A stretch of 61,063 bases of DNA, the filler included, from Sphacelaria rigidula (taxonomy: Eukaryota), in assembly GCA_964200075.2 (NCBI GenBank). It is 8 parts of 8 records of this genome, joined end to end, with 100 filler letters (N's around TTAATTAATTAA, not from the genome) between each part and the next. Parts side by side here need not be neighbours in the genome. Positions count along the whole stretch, not along the records: positions 1 to 7,546 come from CAXNAA020014399.1; positions 7,647 to 15,192 come from CAXNAA020014400.1; 6 more parts are not named here. One strand, given 5' to 3'. The notes beneath the pieces are model-generated. The model saw only the letters and a list, made by a program, of their open reading frames with translations, had not been told where the DNA came from and did not search any database. A program made the position numbers and the translations under genes. How positions within the stretch are numbered: the first letter of the stretch is position 1; each line of letters begins with the position of its first letter. Of the stretch, positions 1 through 12,567 are shown in pieces.

Positions 1-639
1 AAGCGGCACTTGACTCCTATCTTATAGACCACCACGCCAAATAACACCTGTCCACAGGACCATGCAAACTCCATCCAACTCATTCTCAGCCACCACCCCA
101 ACCCTTCAGCATAGAGCACGAGTTGAGCACAGGGGTAAATACACTACAGTTGTTGGGTGTGCTTTGTTTATTTTTTGTTGGCGAAAATTTGCGCATCTTT
201 TCTCATGGTCGGCATCACGGACGGAACTGCGTGGTACGGTGGGCGACCGAGTTGCGTGCACGCTCATGGACAGTGCAGGCAGTAAGTACAAAGCTTCACG
301 TTGCTGAAGTTATTTTCAGGTCGCAATCATAAGCAGAGAGAACTGATAATCCTAGGCTGTCTGCACTGCACGTCGTTCGCTTCCCCTCTATCTTCTCCTG
401 CACGAAACACGCACACACGCACTCAAAACACCCTACTTGCAAGAAGTGCGAACAGTACAGACCGCCTGTACTGTACACGAGTGACCATGTACCATTTCAT
501 GAATTTCGCTGTCTTTTTTCGATCGAAAGCTTGAAAATCCATCCGGACCCAACTGCATCAAAACGATAAATTTTCGCTCAGATCGATTCCACCGCCTCAT
601 TTTTTGGATCGAAAAGAAAAGTGCTAAGACAGGCCCTTA
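1..639. mobile_element. Non-autonomous DNA element (Harbinger-like), copy 1, cut by window start
   Basis: Colinear with 35960-36689; ends AAGACAGGCCC-TTA. Confidence 0.7.
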
Positions 640-3600
640 CAGCGATGATACTGCATTGTGAGATCATATTTTACACAGCCGATCATGTGCACTTTGAGTG
701 ATTATGCGTACTTCCGTACCGACCAGGTCGACCATTTCCGATTTTTCAAAATATCGGAAGTATTGAAGTATCTGCGTAACAGCCGCAACAAATATCCTTT
801 TTCGGATCGGCATTCTCGATCCGCAATGTTTTTGAAAATATCTGTGTGTGGTGAGAAGCACCGACCTAGAAAATGCGGCCCATTTTTGGAAAAGTAGTAA
901 CGGATCATAGTTCTAAGGCCACACACGTTTGCCCGTGCTGAGCGATCTTTGACCACGTTGACCTTTTTTTTTTAGTTTGCAACGCTCATCCCCTTCAAAA
1001 GGCACGAGAGCATCGCAAACCTTGTGATGAACGTGGCCGTTCATCACTTCATGTGCGATTCATGACTGAGCTTTGGGAGGGACCGGAGTCCCGAACTCAA
1101 AAAGATCACCACACACCCCACACGCGAAAAAGCATGATCAGGTTCCCTGTAGATGCGCACAGGAACCCCAGTTTCCCCCGTTCCGTTGACGGGAAGTCCC
1201 GTCCAATCTGACAGGAATTCCCATGAAAAATATCGGTAATCTTTCCGTGAGGACGAAACAGGACGTGAATATATTCCCGTCCCGTGCGATTTCCCATGAA
1301 ATTTCCCCCCGTGAGAAGTCCTTCCGCAAACCATTCTTACTGGCTGTGCTTATCACACACTTCACTTGTCGGAATAATGAGTCGCCCTCTCACGATAAAA
1401 AAAGAAGAAGGCAAGCACCGCAGAAGGAAGGTGGAGTAGTAAATACAAAAAAAAAAAAAAACTCCCGTGTTGACCTTGACCCCGGTTGATACGCCTACAT
1501 AAACCGAAAGGTGTAGACTAGCGTCCAGAATAGATTGGACGACAACACACACAAAAATCACACATGTCGCGCCGTGGGTGTTGAGGTGATTTGGCGGCAT
1601 GTCCACCCACTCGTCTTACTTTCCCACTATGGAGTAAGGGTTAGATGCGAGAGTTCTGTGGAGAAATGTACCAGGGTTCAAGTCACAGCTTCTGCTGGCA
1701 GGGGCTGGTTCAGTCGCGGTAGAGTTTGTGTGAGAACATGACGTGTTTGTGTCGAAGTACAAAGAAATTGTGTACGGTGTTTTTTCTGAAAGTTCATGTA
1801 TTGAATCAAGACAACTCTATCTTGTGCTCTGCAATCAATGTCGTATTAGTCACATGAATGAGGCATTTGAACGAAAAATATTACATTTGAAAATAGTCAC
1901 CGATAAACTACTCTGTAGTCGTGTACAAATAGTGTAGTCGAAGCGTCCGTCTCCAACTCCCCTGAAACGGGCAGGTCCAGCGTTACCCTCCCACCCGAGA
2001 CACAGCAGCATAGCTGCAATATGTCCGACAAGGAGGGCCCACCTGAAAAAAGTAGCAAACCAGTAAAGAATAGGGTAGTCGTAGATGTGGAGAACTCCGT
2101 TAGCGATTTCTCTTGGTCTTTCAACGCCAATATCCGAGTCTGCTAATGATAGTGGTGAGAAGGCAGCAACCTTGTTGTATAGCCGTGCACCGAGTAGGAA
2201 TAACTTGATCTACATTTTCAAGAGTTGTCAAAAGCATGGTGTGTGCTGTGTAAGCGCGCAAAGCATGCACACGGCAAACGTGATCTTACTCGTGCACAAG
2301 TTGTTCCCTCGCGATCGGCAGTCTTTCGCACATGACCGGTTCATTTTTATGCAAGACCTCGTGTCAGACTTGCGTCCGGTTCAACGATGGTCGTGTCATA
2401 TTTGCACTTTTGCCGTCGTGCTCAAAGGCGGTCTTGTGAAGCTTGCGCCCGGTTGAGATATGGCCATCTCTCCCCCGGTACACGCCTTGCATACGATGTA
2501 TTGGTATCGCAGGCCGGATCGGCACTCCCGCACCGCACCGAGTCTCGCCAGACAAACTTTCTCTGCTATAGCATTCGCGATAGCAACCGTGTCCGCGCGT
2601 CTTCAACGACGAATATCAGATGTTTCTCGAAAAACAAAATAAGAAAAAAACGTATGCCGGGGATCGACCCCGCAATCTTCCGCGCTAATTGGTTTCGAGG
2701 CGATCTGAGGATTTGTACGTAAACAATGGTTGGTACTATGGAGATGCCGCCTAACCCGACCACGGCATACCGAGAACCCTCGGGCAAGGGGATGCAGGAT
2801 GTTCCCTACGCAAAGTGTGCGTTGCCAGAGCTCAAATCGACGCCTTTCAGCCGATTTGGACCAAAAAAAAAAGTTCTGGACGAGCTGGGTCACTGCTCAC
2901 CACTGCTCACCTGCCCCAGACCATGAATTTTCCCAGAACTTTGTTCAGTCTGAAATCAAGTAAAATCGAGCACCAACCATTGTTCACGTACAAATCCTCA
3001 GATCTACTGTTGGTTTCATTTGCACTGTGATAGTTAATTGCAGTAGACCACAAGGGCGCGGCCGCAGATTGTGATACGTCATAATGTAACCCTTTGCTGG
3101 AGAATTCTCTTTGGATCGCCTGAGGTTGCCTGCGGTCAATTTCATTCCGTTTCAAGTGCTGAGACAGGCCTGTTTACATGAAGTCCTGGATGTTGAGCAG
3201 TCGTGTGGAAATTAGTGCTTGAGGCAGCCATCCAGTTTTGAGACAAATTCAAGTGTGAGTATGTCGTCGCTGGTCTGTTTCCATTGAGTCAATGTTTTCA
3301 TGTTTGCAAGTGCACGCTGATTACCACCACTCCTGCGATATACGCAAACAACACACTCTTCGCCAATGCTTTTGTGGTCTTGATACCTTGAGGGAAGTGC
3401 CGGCACACCGAGCATGTTTTGCTGCTACATTGCATCTCACGTCTTGTCAGCCGTACTGTACCGTACGGGCATACATTGTTCGTCAGCGGCTGAATGCTAG
3501 GGCACGAAATGATCAGGTTGTCATCGTTTTCCATTTCACGCAACATACTGCATGATAGTTGTATCTCTTCGTGGCATCCTACAATAGTGTGTAACCATAT

Positions 3601-3727
3601 TGAAAACACAAAAGTGGGCTGATAGGTCATATGGGCTTTTGCACAGATGAAAGACTACCTCATTTCGTTGGTGTGCTTGAATAACTCAATTGTCGCCACG
3701 ATCTGGGTCAAATACGGGCTGACTACG

Positions 3728-4100
3728 ATGTTATTATTATTATCATTACTTCCGCACTGTAGTCCGATCTCTCGAACCCGTGGTTACAGACGTAGGCTCG
3801 TCTCTCCAATACCGTCCCTGCTATTTCTTACAATACATAGAGCCCTCCCTCATGTTTTCAGAGACTCCAGCCTAATTACATGAACAAACGCAATCAACTC
3901 AAATATTACCAAAATTAAAATAAGAAGAGATACGCCGAAAAAAACATGAGAAGTAGCGTCCTCGAGTTCAACGGGGTGAAGAAAAAAGAACCCTACAGAT
4001 TTGCTGAGAAAAGCACACCGACAGAAAAGGGAAATAAAAGAAAAGACAAGAAAAGACAAGAAAAAAAAAAGACGGATAGCACAAAGGGATTCACAATGCC
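3728..4100 (-). mobile_element. Retroposon 3' end with (AAT)n tail
   Basis: Colinear with 31250-31600; same terminus as 53519-53590. Confidence 0.7.
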
Positions 4101-4682
4101 ACCGGGCGGGGGGCAACTCAAAAAATGATGTACCCGACCTTAACCCATATGCGCGCCTGTGGTCGACTGTGCCGAGAACAGCCCCGCCAATATCGGAATA
4201 TGGCAATAATGCAGGCGTCCGTGGCCGCTAGAGATCGGGTGGGCGCTACAGGCTGGTTCACTCTTATCAACTAAAATTGAGCCATGAGCAAACGACTCCC
4301 GCAATACCTACCCAAAAGTCGTACACATGGTGTCATCATGACCGCAATGAACAGACGAAGAGGGTGACATCGCCGGATTTTTGTTCAAGGCTATAACAGG
4401 AACGTTAAGGGCGAAAAGGTACCTTCACCAATCAGCACCCTTCAAATTGTTCTGAAATTGAAACACGGATGCTCAACCCAGTTTATACCCAATCTCCACA
4501 TATTTCAAGTCGTAGTTATCGCCATCAGTTCGGGAATCTGACAGAAGGAAGCAGATTTGGAAACTATCACTATGGGTATATCAAGGTATCTCGAGGTATG
4601 CATACATACCAGCCTCGTGTCCTGCACAATCTCAGCGGAGTTCTCAGAGTCAAACATCAAATTGAGTGAGTTACACTTGAAC

Positions 4683-5246
4683 CGGTCACCATGGTGATTC
4701 AGTTGGTAACCTCGAAACCTTCGGACGGTTGGGTCGTGGAATTGAAACTCGGTAAAGTCACACGATCTGGGATTTTTTCTCACACCACTAGCCTATGTTG
4801 TTCTGTTTTACTTTTTCTGTATCTTCTTTTCTGCAGCTAGTGTTTCAGTTTGGTTTTGTCTTGAGTACATCTATCATGTGACCTCGGCTGGATCCCTGGG
4901 GGGTCAAATAAAGTGCGACAATCAATCATTGAATCAACCATTACGTCAATCAATCACCATGGCCAACAGTGGAGAGCGACTATGTCGTGGGTATACCAAT
5001 TCGACTTCGCGATCGACCAAGAAAAGGGATCGCTGAACCCCTCTCGCGATAAAAAATAAGGCAAGCACTGCAGAAGGAAGGCGGAGTGTTGAAACAAAAT
5101 AGAAAAGTAGTGTGTTGGCCTTCCTCCTGTGTGATCCCTGTTGATGTGTTCACATATACCGAAAGGCGTAAATTGTCGTCCAGAATAGATCACACACATA
5201 CATACACACACACACACATACACACACATACACGCACACACACACT
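4683..5246 (+). mobile_element. tRNA-derived SINE family S2 with (CA)n tail, interrupted by a nested insertion
   Basis: Head matches 60946-61063; body matches 1380-1565; (CA)n tail at 5191-5245. Confidence 0.75.
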
Positions 5247-6292
5247 CGCGCTCGCACCGCCGAGGGAATCAGAATGTACAGTACCATCTCGCCATCCGTA
5301 TTTACCAGTGCTAGGGACATGAAAGGTCACGACCGACCACAGGCGCATTACCTTGTCCCCAGACCGTTTCGGTCATGCGCGGTTTTGGCGTCGTCGGATT
5401 TACATTGATGATGAGCACGAAAAACCCAGGAAAACTTCGCTCACATGTGTCGTAGAAAAGCTCAGATCGCCCTCAACGTTGAAGATACGTGGGTATTGGT
5501 GCTCCAAATGGAAATATATATATATATATATGTAATGTTGACAATATTTCAAACTTTCTCCGCTCTTTAACGGCTTCCGGGGGCCCCAGCGTGAAGACCC
5601 CCTCGGGGATACAGAATGCCCCAAAACAAGGAGCGTAAAATCATGCGTCCCGGGTCGTCCAAGAAACATATGTGCAAAATTAGGTTGCGAAAGTCGAAAA
5701 CCTCACAGAGTATTTTCAACATACCCGAGGGAGTCATTTTCACACTAAAATCAAGTACTTCGGCGTTTGCACGTTTCAAGCTCACTTCATCGCACAAAAA
5801 CAAAAACGGGTCGTTTCAGAACTTTTTTATCAACGAGCGTTTTTTTCTTTCTAATTTTCGATTGCTTCACCGGTTTTGGGGGATCCCACGAGGTCCAAGG
5901 TCCCCGAGAAACCGTGGGACCCCCGAAAACCGGTGAAAAAAAACAAGAAGTGAGAAAAACTTGCCCATCGAAAATTGCGTATGACCCATGGCGAAATATT
6001 GTCTAGCTCCTGAAAACGGCGTGAAGTTTTGCAGACGACTGCTCTGAGGTTTATGAGCGTGAGCCAGCGCGCACAATGAATTCTCGAGTTTTGAGTCTTG
6101 ACCAATAGGATTGCAGCAGCAAAAAATGATTGAGCAGGCGGGGCTGTGAGGCCTCTTGGGTACAGTAGATATTTTCTTGCAAAACCGTCCAAGGTCGCCC
6201 TCCCTTCCCAACTCTCAAGCCACGAACTCCCGATTGAGTAGCGATGGGTTATGAAAAGGACAACCTCCACGCTGCGGTTCCATGCGCATGGC

Positions 6293-6316
6293 GTGTGTGT
6301 GTGTGTGTTTGTGTGT

Positions 6317-6378
<62 letters not shown>

Positions 6379-6394
6379 GTGTGTGTACTTGTGT
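6293..6394. repeat. (TG)n microsatellite
   Basis: Direct reading. Confidence 0.95.
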
Positions 6395-7546
6395 TCGTCC
6401 TGCTGAGTTGGCATGGGCTATAAGGAAGTTCTTTGCACGTAACCTCAGGTACAAAATTGGAACGTAAGTCAATCACACACACACAGCCATCTACAACACG
6501 TACACCCCCACGAAATACGCCACGCCGTTGAGCTGCTTCACAAGAGCTGTGTGTGTTGACCGCGAGTATGCCCCCCTACTGGTGGCCACGATGACCGCTA
6601 CTGTCTTGCACTGCTTCAATTTTACTGTCCCCTAACGTCACTGTCACTGGCCGCAGCTTTCTAACTATATCTATGACCCGCGGTATATATGCGGCAAGGA
6701 CTTCCTATGCAGGCACTGTCTATCCACCAAAAACCAACAAGTGTTACGGACCCCCGCCGACAAGAGAAGCAGCGTGCTACTAACATTAATATATTTGATA
6801 TACTGTACATGATATTAATAGCGCATAGACGTTCCAAGGGTTGGGCGATGTGTGCAGAAAATTCTGGATCAATCGACCAATCGAAACTGATTAGAGTGGC
6901 CACTGTACTCCCCTCTGAGTCTGCCGTTGGACTTGTTAGTTGCCTGGAAGCACGCATGGTTTTGATATGGAAGGCGTTTCGGTTGCCGCTGGGACTCCCC
7001 TCCGCCCTTCAAATCCGGGACTGTCAGCGGGAAATACTGTTCCGATCCGAAGCTCGAAATCGGAGGGTCAGGGATAAATAGCATACGGTTGACTACAACA
7101 GTAACTGTCCACAGCGGCTTTACCATCCTGTGGGCATCGTCTATTCCCTGTCCTGTATAGGCTACGTGCACCTTACCTGCAAAATCATTATTGGTTCATG
7201 TGTGTCCAACTACTCGACTTCTACACTGCTCGTACTGTGAGGATTTTCGAGTATAGATTCTACAGCTGTAGCCCATGCTTTCCATGGAATGAACATAAGG
7301 GGCCGTGGGTGAGAGAATGCTTCCAGATAAACTAATACATCGTATTTAACCCTTTTGGGACCGGGCCTCCAGAACGACCAATGAAGCTGGTGAGGAATGA
7401 TGTCTCTGGCGTCTAAACGAAACACTGAAGTGTTGCTGAAAATCCGCGTCTGTAACTGCAGGGTTATAACAGACCGAAAGTTTCATCTAGTCTGTTTTCA
7501 GGTGCAGGGTGCGCATTAGGTGGTGTACATCTGCGGTAGCAAGCAG

Positions 7547-7646
7547 NNNNNNNNNNNNNNNNNNNNNNNNNNNNNNNNNNNNNNNNNNNNTTAATTAATT
7601 AANNNNNNNNNNNNNNNNNNNNNNNNNNNNNNNNNNNNNNNNNNNN
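7547..7646. other. Artificial 100-nt spacer (also 15193-15292, 22839-22938, 30484-30583, 38129-38228, 45774-45873, 53419-53518)
   Basis: Identical N44-TTAATTAATTAA-N44 separating pieces of 7545-7546 nt. Confidence 0.98.
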
Positions 7647-8227
7647 AGCCTGGTCCGGCGAGAACCCGGCGTGCTCCGTCCCAGCTTCGTAGGGATGTGA
7701 GTTCAAAGATCTCATGACTACGGCATACAAGATCATGAGTACACCCCCCCCCCCCGCGCCCCCCGGTCGCTCTTCCGAATCGGATCGCGATTGTGTAGTG
7801 TTGAGTGTCATTCAGCATGGGATCGTAACATGTGCATTAATTCTTGTCCTCTATTTTCTTTGTCTTTCTTTATTCAAGTGCTTGTGGACAGCTGTTAGTT
7901 TCTGTGTGTTTTTTTTTATCTGTTCTCATATTGGAAATTCGGGACATGGCCATATTCATCTTCTTGTGCTTCGCTTTTCAGTCGTTCAGCGGCTGTTTGT
8001 TTCCGTTTTTGTGCACATACGTCCGTCCTTCGGTCGGTTCGTCTGTCTATATGTGTCGTTGTCGTACCCGTTCATCTCTTGAGCTGCCCGCTTGCATGCT
8101 GACCCTTTTGTCATACCTCACAATGCCCACTTCGTCGTAAATTTTTGCCGTACCTCTCTCCCCCTTGCTCCGGCTGCCTCCCTGCCTTCATCGTTCGTGC
8201 CTTGACGAAATATGGTGCTTTGCCCAG

Positions 8228-8295
8228 TCACGAGTCCGCTGCTCACGACATCGTCGCGTCCTTCGCCGGCTGCGCGGGGCAGCGGTGCATGGCAG
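8228..8295 (+). CDS. ALDH6A1: Methylmalonate-semialdehyde dehydrogenase, internal exon with catalytic Cys (upstream exons outside this piece)
   Basis: cag|t cac gag... translates HESAAHDIVASFAGCAGQRCMA|gttag; matches the ALDH6 FGxAGQRCMA catalytic motif; its phase-1 end fits the next exon. Confidence 0.9.
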
Positions 8296-8534
8296 GTTAG
8301 CTACATCGTGCGACATGCACACGAACAGAAGCAGCTAAAGTAGCAGAAAGCGGTCAGCGGTCAGATTTTCATTCCGACTCACCTTCGATGTGAATATGAC
8401 CGTTTCTCGATGCACTCTCTGCCCTCTATCGGGAACACGTGAGGAAGGCAACAGAGATATTTTACGATCACCGAAAAGTCCATTCATTTCACTTTATCTC
8501 AATTGGCCCTTCCCGACCTTTCTGTTTGTTGATC

Positions 8535-8775
8535 GATAAGGGGGGGGGGGGGGATTTTGGGCCACTTGTTGCACAAAATTTGAAGTCAAATCGTCGGTGG
8601 AAGTAGCAATGGTTGCTCAAGCGAGCTTCTTGTAGAAACATAACGCTGATTCATAACGATCGATACCGTTTTGAACCAAATACAAGCGCACGGCGAGTGA
8701 GGCAGGTCGTCTAACACACTCATGAGCCTCATTTTTCGTGCGATCAAATACCCTCCCCCCCCTATCGTAGGATGA
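8535..8775. mobile_element. MITE with G-run-containing TIRs
   Basis: Right end aaataccctccccccctatcgtaggatga; the matching left end tcatcctacgat-G-run-attttgggcca is seen in the homologous copy at 38048-38128. Confidence 0.6.
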
Positions 8776-9116
8776 ATCTGGGAACGAGAGAAAATGTCGT
8801 GGCCGTCGTCGTCGTCCCTCCACGCCTACTCCCTACGGGGTAGGCCGTCGGTACGGGAGTAGAGGAACGAACCAGTGCGCAGATCACTGCGTCTCTAAGA
8901 GGAAGGGGGGAATCACATGATATGGTCTCAATACTTCATTTTGTGGCTCATGCGACACGCCTATGACTATAGCTCATGAGCATAATCGGCGTTGCTCTTC
9001 TTTTGGCGTTGAAGCTTTCGAAAAGGGTCAAGAATAGAAAGAAAAGGAAACGTTTGATGACTCTCTACTTTCACGTTCTCGGCAAACAAGCCTACCAGAA
9101 CATTGACTCAACTCAA

Positions 9117-9660
9117 CCCCCCCCCCCCCATTTTTGAGGGTTGGCGTCGGCTTGCAACGACGCTGTAGAACCCGCAATTCACCACGTAAGCTAGGCAACC
9201 GGGTCTCCGGGGGGGGGGGGGGGTTACGCGCTTGCTTGCGTTTTTATACGGCAACCATGTTGGTGGTCGAGCTAGATCATATTGTGCGAGGTCAAGAACC
9301 TTAATTCCGCGCAGTGGGGAAAGTTGTACTATATAGTGTTTGAACGGTGAGGACACCCATGAGGCAGTTTTTAAACCTTGGCTGTCTTAGAAATGGCGAT
9401 ACCAGAAAATGAAGGGATTCATTGGAGGCTGTCATTCTCTTGCAAGATAATCAGTACGCTTCGGGCCGAAAACTCACACTCTCGGTGAGATGCAGCCCAC
9501 CCGTCATGCAACTCGCCGAACACATGACGGCTCTTCCCGCTTGGTGATGGCGAGCCTTGAGCGATGAAAAACCGTCGTGCTTCGTCCCGGATTTGCAGGC
9601 ATTCGAGGTCAACGGTCTTATGACTACGGCATGCAAGATCATGAGTACCACCCCCTCCCA
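9117..9660. mobile_element. Poly-C-flanked TIR-less element, family M1, near full length
   Basis: C-run..GGGTTGGCGTCGG...GCATGCAAGATCATGAGTAC-C-run; homologous to 7647-7765, 18160-18305, 31848-32395, 45395-45773 and 48800-49270. Confidence 0.8.
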
Positions 9661-9734
9661 CCCTCATCCTCACCTTTACTCTCTTCTCTCTCTTTTTTTT
9701 TTTTTGCGTTTTCCGCCTGTTCTGGGCCATACAG

Positions 9735-9823
9735 CAAGCGTTCTGGTGCTGGTGGGTGAGACCGGAGACCTTCTGGACAAGGTGGTGGAGAAAGCGAAGG
9801 CACTGTCTCCTGGAACGGCGGCG
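9735..9823 (+). CDS. ALDH6A1: MMSDH exon
   Basis: cag|ca agc... (A)SVLVLVGETGDLLDKVVEKAKALSPGTAA|gtgagc; phases 1 to 0 fit both neighbours. Confidence 0.88.
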
Positions 9824-11019
9824 GTGAGCAAGCTTTGTTCTGTTCACTTTTACCTTCAAAGTGGTTTGACGGGAGGGGTGCACAAAATTTCTCCGAGGCT
9901 TTTTACTCTGGGAGCCTCCCAATGACGGGGGCCTTAGTGTGCAGCTTCGTTTCAAGCTTCAGGCACCCTGGTGCAAACAGCACCGACTGTTCGACCGATT
10001 CGTTAGAGATAACTCGCTAGCAAATAATCACTCAGAACGAAGTAGTTTGGCTTTATCCTTCATTACAACCCAGCGTAGCAGCACAAATGGGAGAGGAAAC
10101 AATACGACGGGCGTAGCTGTCGATCTGCTTGTCCCCTAATCAAGGAGATCATCCCTCAATCCTGCAGCCGTACTGTACCTTATCTTGATCTCCAAAGAAT
10201 CGCATTCCAGAAACGGATACATGACTGTTCATTTCCTGTACTTTTTTCTGCAATCTTGAAATAATATCCCCCCCCCCCCCCAAACTGATGAGTGTATGTA
10301 AACATGATCAACACCCTCATACAACCTTTGAACTAAATAGTGCACCTCTAGCGCAGAATCACTCTTCACTCTGTCATTTTTTTGGACTCTTTTTGTCCGC
10401 GGTGCACGAAATACATGGATGAATGCGTAATCCGTTGGTTAGCCGGCGAAGCAATAAGTGGGTTCACTGCTTCGTGTGTGTGTGTGTGTGTGCAATGCCT
10501 GTGCTGTGCTGTGCTGCAGGGTGGGGATTTGGTGGTGTTGAAGGGAGGAGGTTCGCAACATTCGTTCTTGTTCACGCGAATATTTGGCCGTTGGAAGTGT
10601 GTTGCTCCGGTAGTGTACTAACCTCGGTGCTCGTTTACTGTCATATTTCAGTGTAGGTGTTGATGCGACTATCTCGACAATCACTCTTCATGTTCTCAGC
10701 GAACTCAGTTTCATTTTTTCGTTATTCGAAAATACAAAATGTGATACGTCGGTCCAACAAACTAGACGCTCCTTTTCCCTTCTTTTTTTCTTTCATCTTT
10801 GTCTGATCTCATTCAGCTATATTTCCCTTCCTCCCTTCCTTCACCTATTCCTTCGTTATCTCATCGCTTGGTCCTCTTGCTCGAAATACACGCACGTGCA
10901 AGTTCGGTTGCTCCCTCAAGCATCCGCTGCGACATGAATGCTCTCACTTACAAAAGTACGCACGTGATCATACTCCCTCTTACTCACAAAGTTCACGCTT
11001 CAAAATTCCGCCCTCGTAG

Positions 11020-11244
11020 GGCAACGTCGGGCCCGTAATTAGCGCCGCATCTCGCGACCACATCGTGGACTGCATCAACAAAGCCGTATCCAAGGATGCC
11101 GGCGGGGAGTTGCTAGTGGATGGAAGGCAGTGGAAGGATCGAACCCCGGGGACGTGGGTAGGGCCGACGGTCATCCTCCAAAAGGAGGGCGGGCGTCGGC
11201 AGCCGTCAGAAGAAATATTTGGCCCGGTCCTCATGGTCCTCAAG
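11020..11244 (+). CDS. ALDH6A1: MMSDH exon
   Basis: tag|GNVGPVISAASRDHIVDCI...WVGPTVI...EEIFGPVLMVLK|gttcgt; ALDH GPVI and EEIFGPV motifs; 225 nt, phase 0. Confidence 0.93.
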
Positions 11245-12229
11245 GTTCGTGCGAATACGTACGTAATTAGTGCTTGTGATCATCAACCCTTGTCGTGCCC
11301 GAGGTGTGCGTATCTGTTGGATGAAGGTTAATTTCATTTTCATGGATGTCTTGTCGGGTGTACTCTTGCCGCTTTTGATGGCGTTGAAAAGGTTAATTGA
11401 AGTAGGATTTTTGTTTCTGGCAAACTTGAGGTGTAATGTGTAGTATTGTATTCCTCGCCATTGTAGCTGTTGTTGCTTCTTTGCTTGCTTGTTGTTGCCT
11501 ATTTTACTGCTGCTACTGCTGCTGCTGTCAAGTTGGGCGGTTGTAGGGGCCAGGCGTGCGGTCCAAGACGAAATATTTTGGCCTGACCCCATGGTACAAT
11601 AAAGCTTGTGCAGAGTAAAAACAAAGCACGGTAGTTCTGGATAGCTAAATTACGGTGTGCATATTGTCACGATCAAGCTTACGCTATCTAATGGACTAGT
11701 GACCGGAGTGGTAGGAGTGGGCCTTTGGTCTGGAGACATGTTAGGACCGGCCATGAAGGTCTACAACTAGCAAGGAAATAGGTAATTTTTTTTCCCCTTG
11801 TTACCTCACTCTGCCGTCACGGTACGTTCTTACTGAAATGCATGCGGCCGACATACAAGTAGAGTGCACGATACTATGCGCAGGTTGCGTGACACGTCTT
11901 TCTTGCGTGCTTTGGCGTTTTGCACTTGGTACCGCTCCTGTTCATCTTCCATGTTGTTCCTGTCGATAGGATGCTCTCCTTCGTTTCCTTTCGTCATCTT
12001 TCTTTTTATTCGTCCGTCATTGTTTTTTCTTGTCGATGATTTCAGCACGATGATATCAAAACCGTCTCACGCGTTCGACGTTATTTTCTTCCTGTCACAT
12101 GTCCTTGTGGGGTGGGGAAAATGTTATGTTCTAATGAGCCCTATTGTGGGTCGGTAGGACAGCATAATCGTGCCATGGTGCCAAGTGCACTCGTACTTGA
12201 AAATGTTTTTTTTGGGATACGGTCCACAG

Positions 12230-12356
12230 GTGAGCACCTGGAAAGAAGCGCTGGATGTGGAGAACGCTTCCCCTTACGGCAACGCAGCTTCCGTCTACAC
12301 GTCATCGGGAGCTGCTGCGGACTTCTTCCAAACTCGCTTCCGGGCGGGCATGATAG
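12230..12356 (+). CDS. ALDH6A1: MMSDH exon ending at a GC splice donor
   Basis: cag|VSTWKEALDVENASPYGNAASVYTSSGAAADFFQTRFRAGMI g|gcaagt; ALDH6 YGNxxxxxTxSG motif. Confidence 0.9.
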
Positions 12357-12567
12357 GCAAGTTTGGATTCGGTCTGCACGATGAAAACGGTCGCCTGCAA
12401 CTCAAAACAGCACGATTCTCAAGTGATATAATGAGACATCTGCTTCATTGATTTACGGTCGAGGTCTTGATCAAACCGAAGTCTTTCGCAAAAAAATAAA
12501 GCACGTTGGGCGTGCAATGTGGCAGCGCGAGGAAATTGGGCGATCTGCCGCACACACAGAAACGTTC

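Noticed and set aside
1938..2146. Possible terminal exon (…VVDVENSVSDFSWSFNANIRVC*)
   Set aside because: Open frame after an AG, but no domain and no partner exons to phase against.
5851..6482. HT/CV-repeat ORFs (also poly-Ile 15241-15564 and HTYI 28558-28770)
   Set aside because: Translations of microsatellites.
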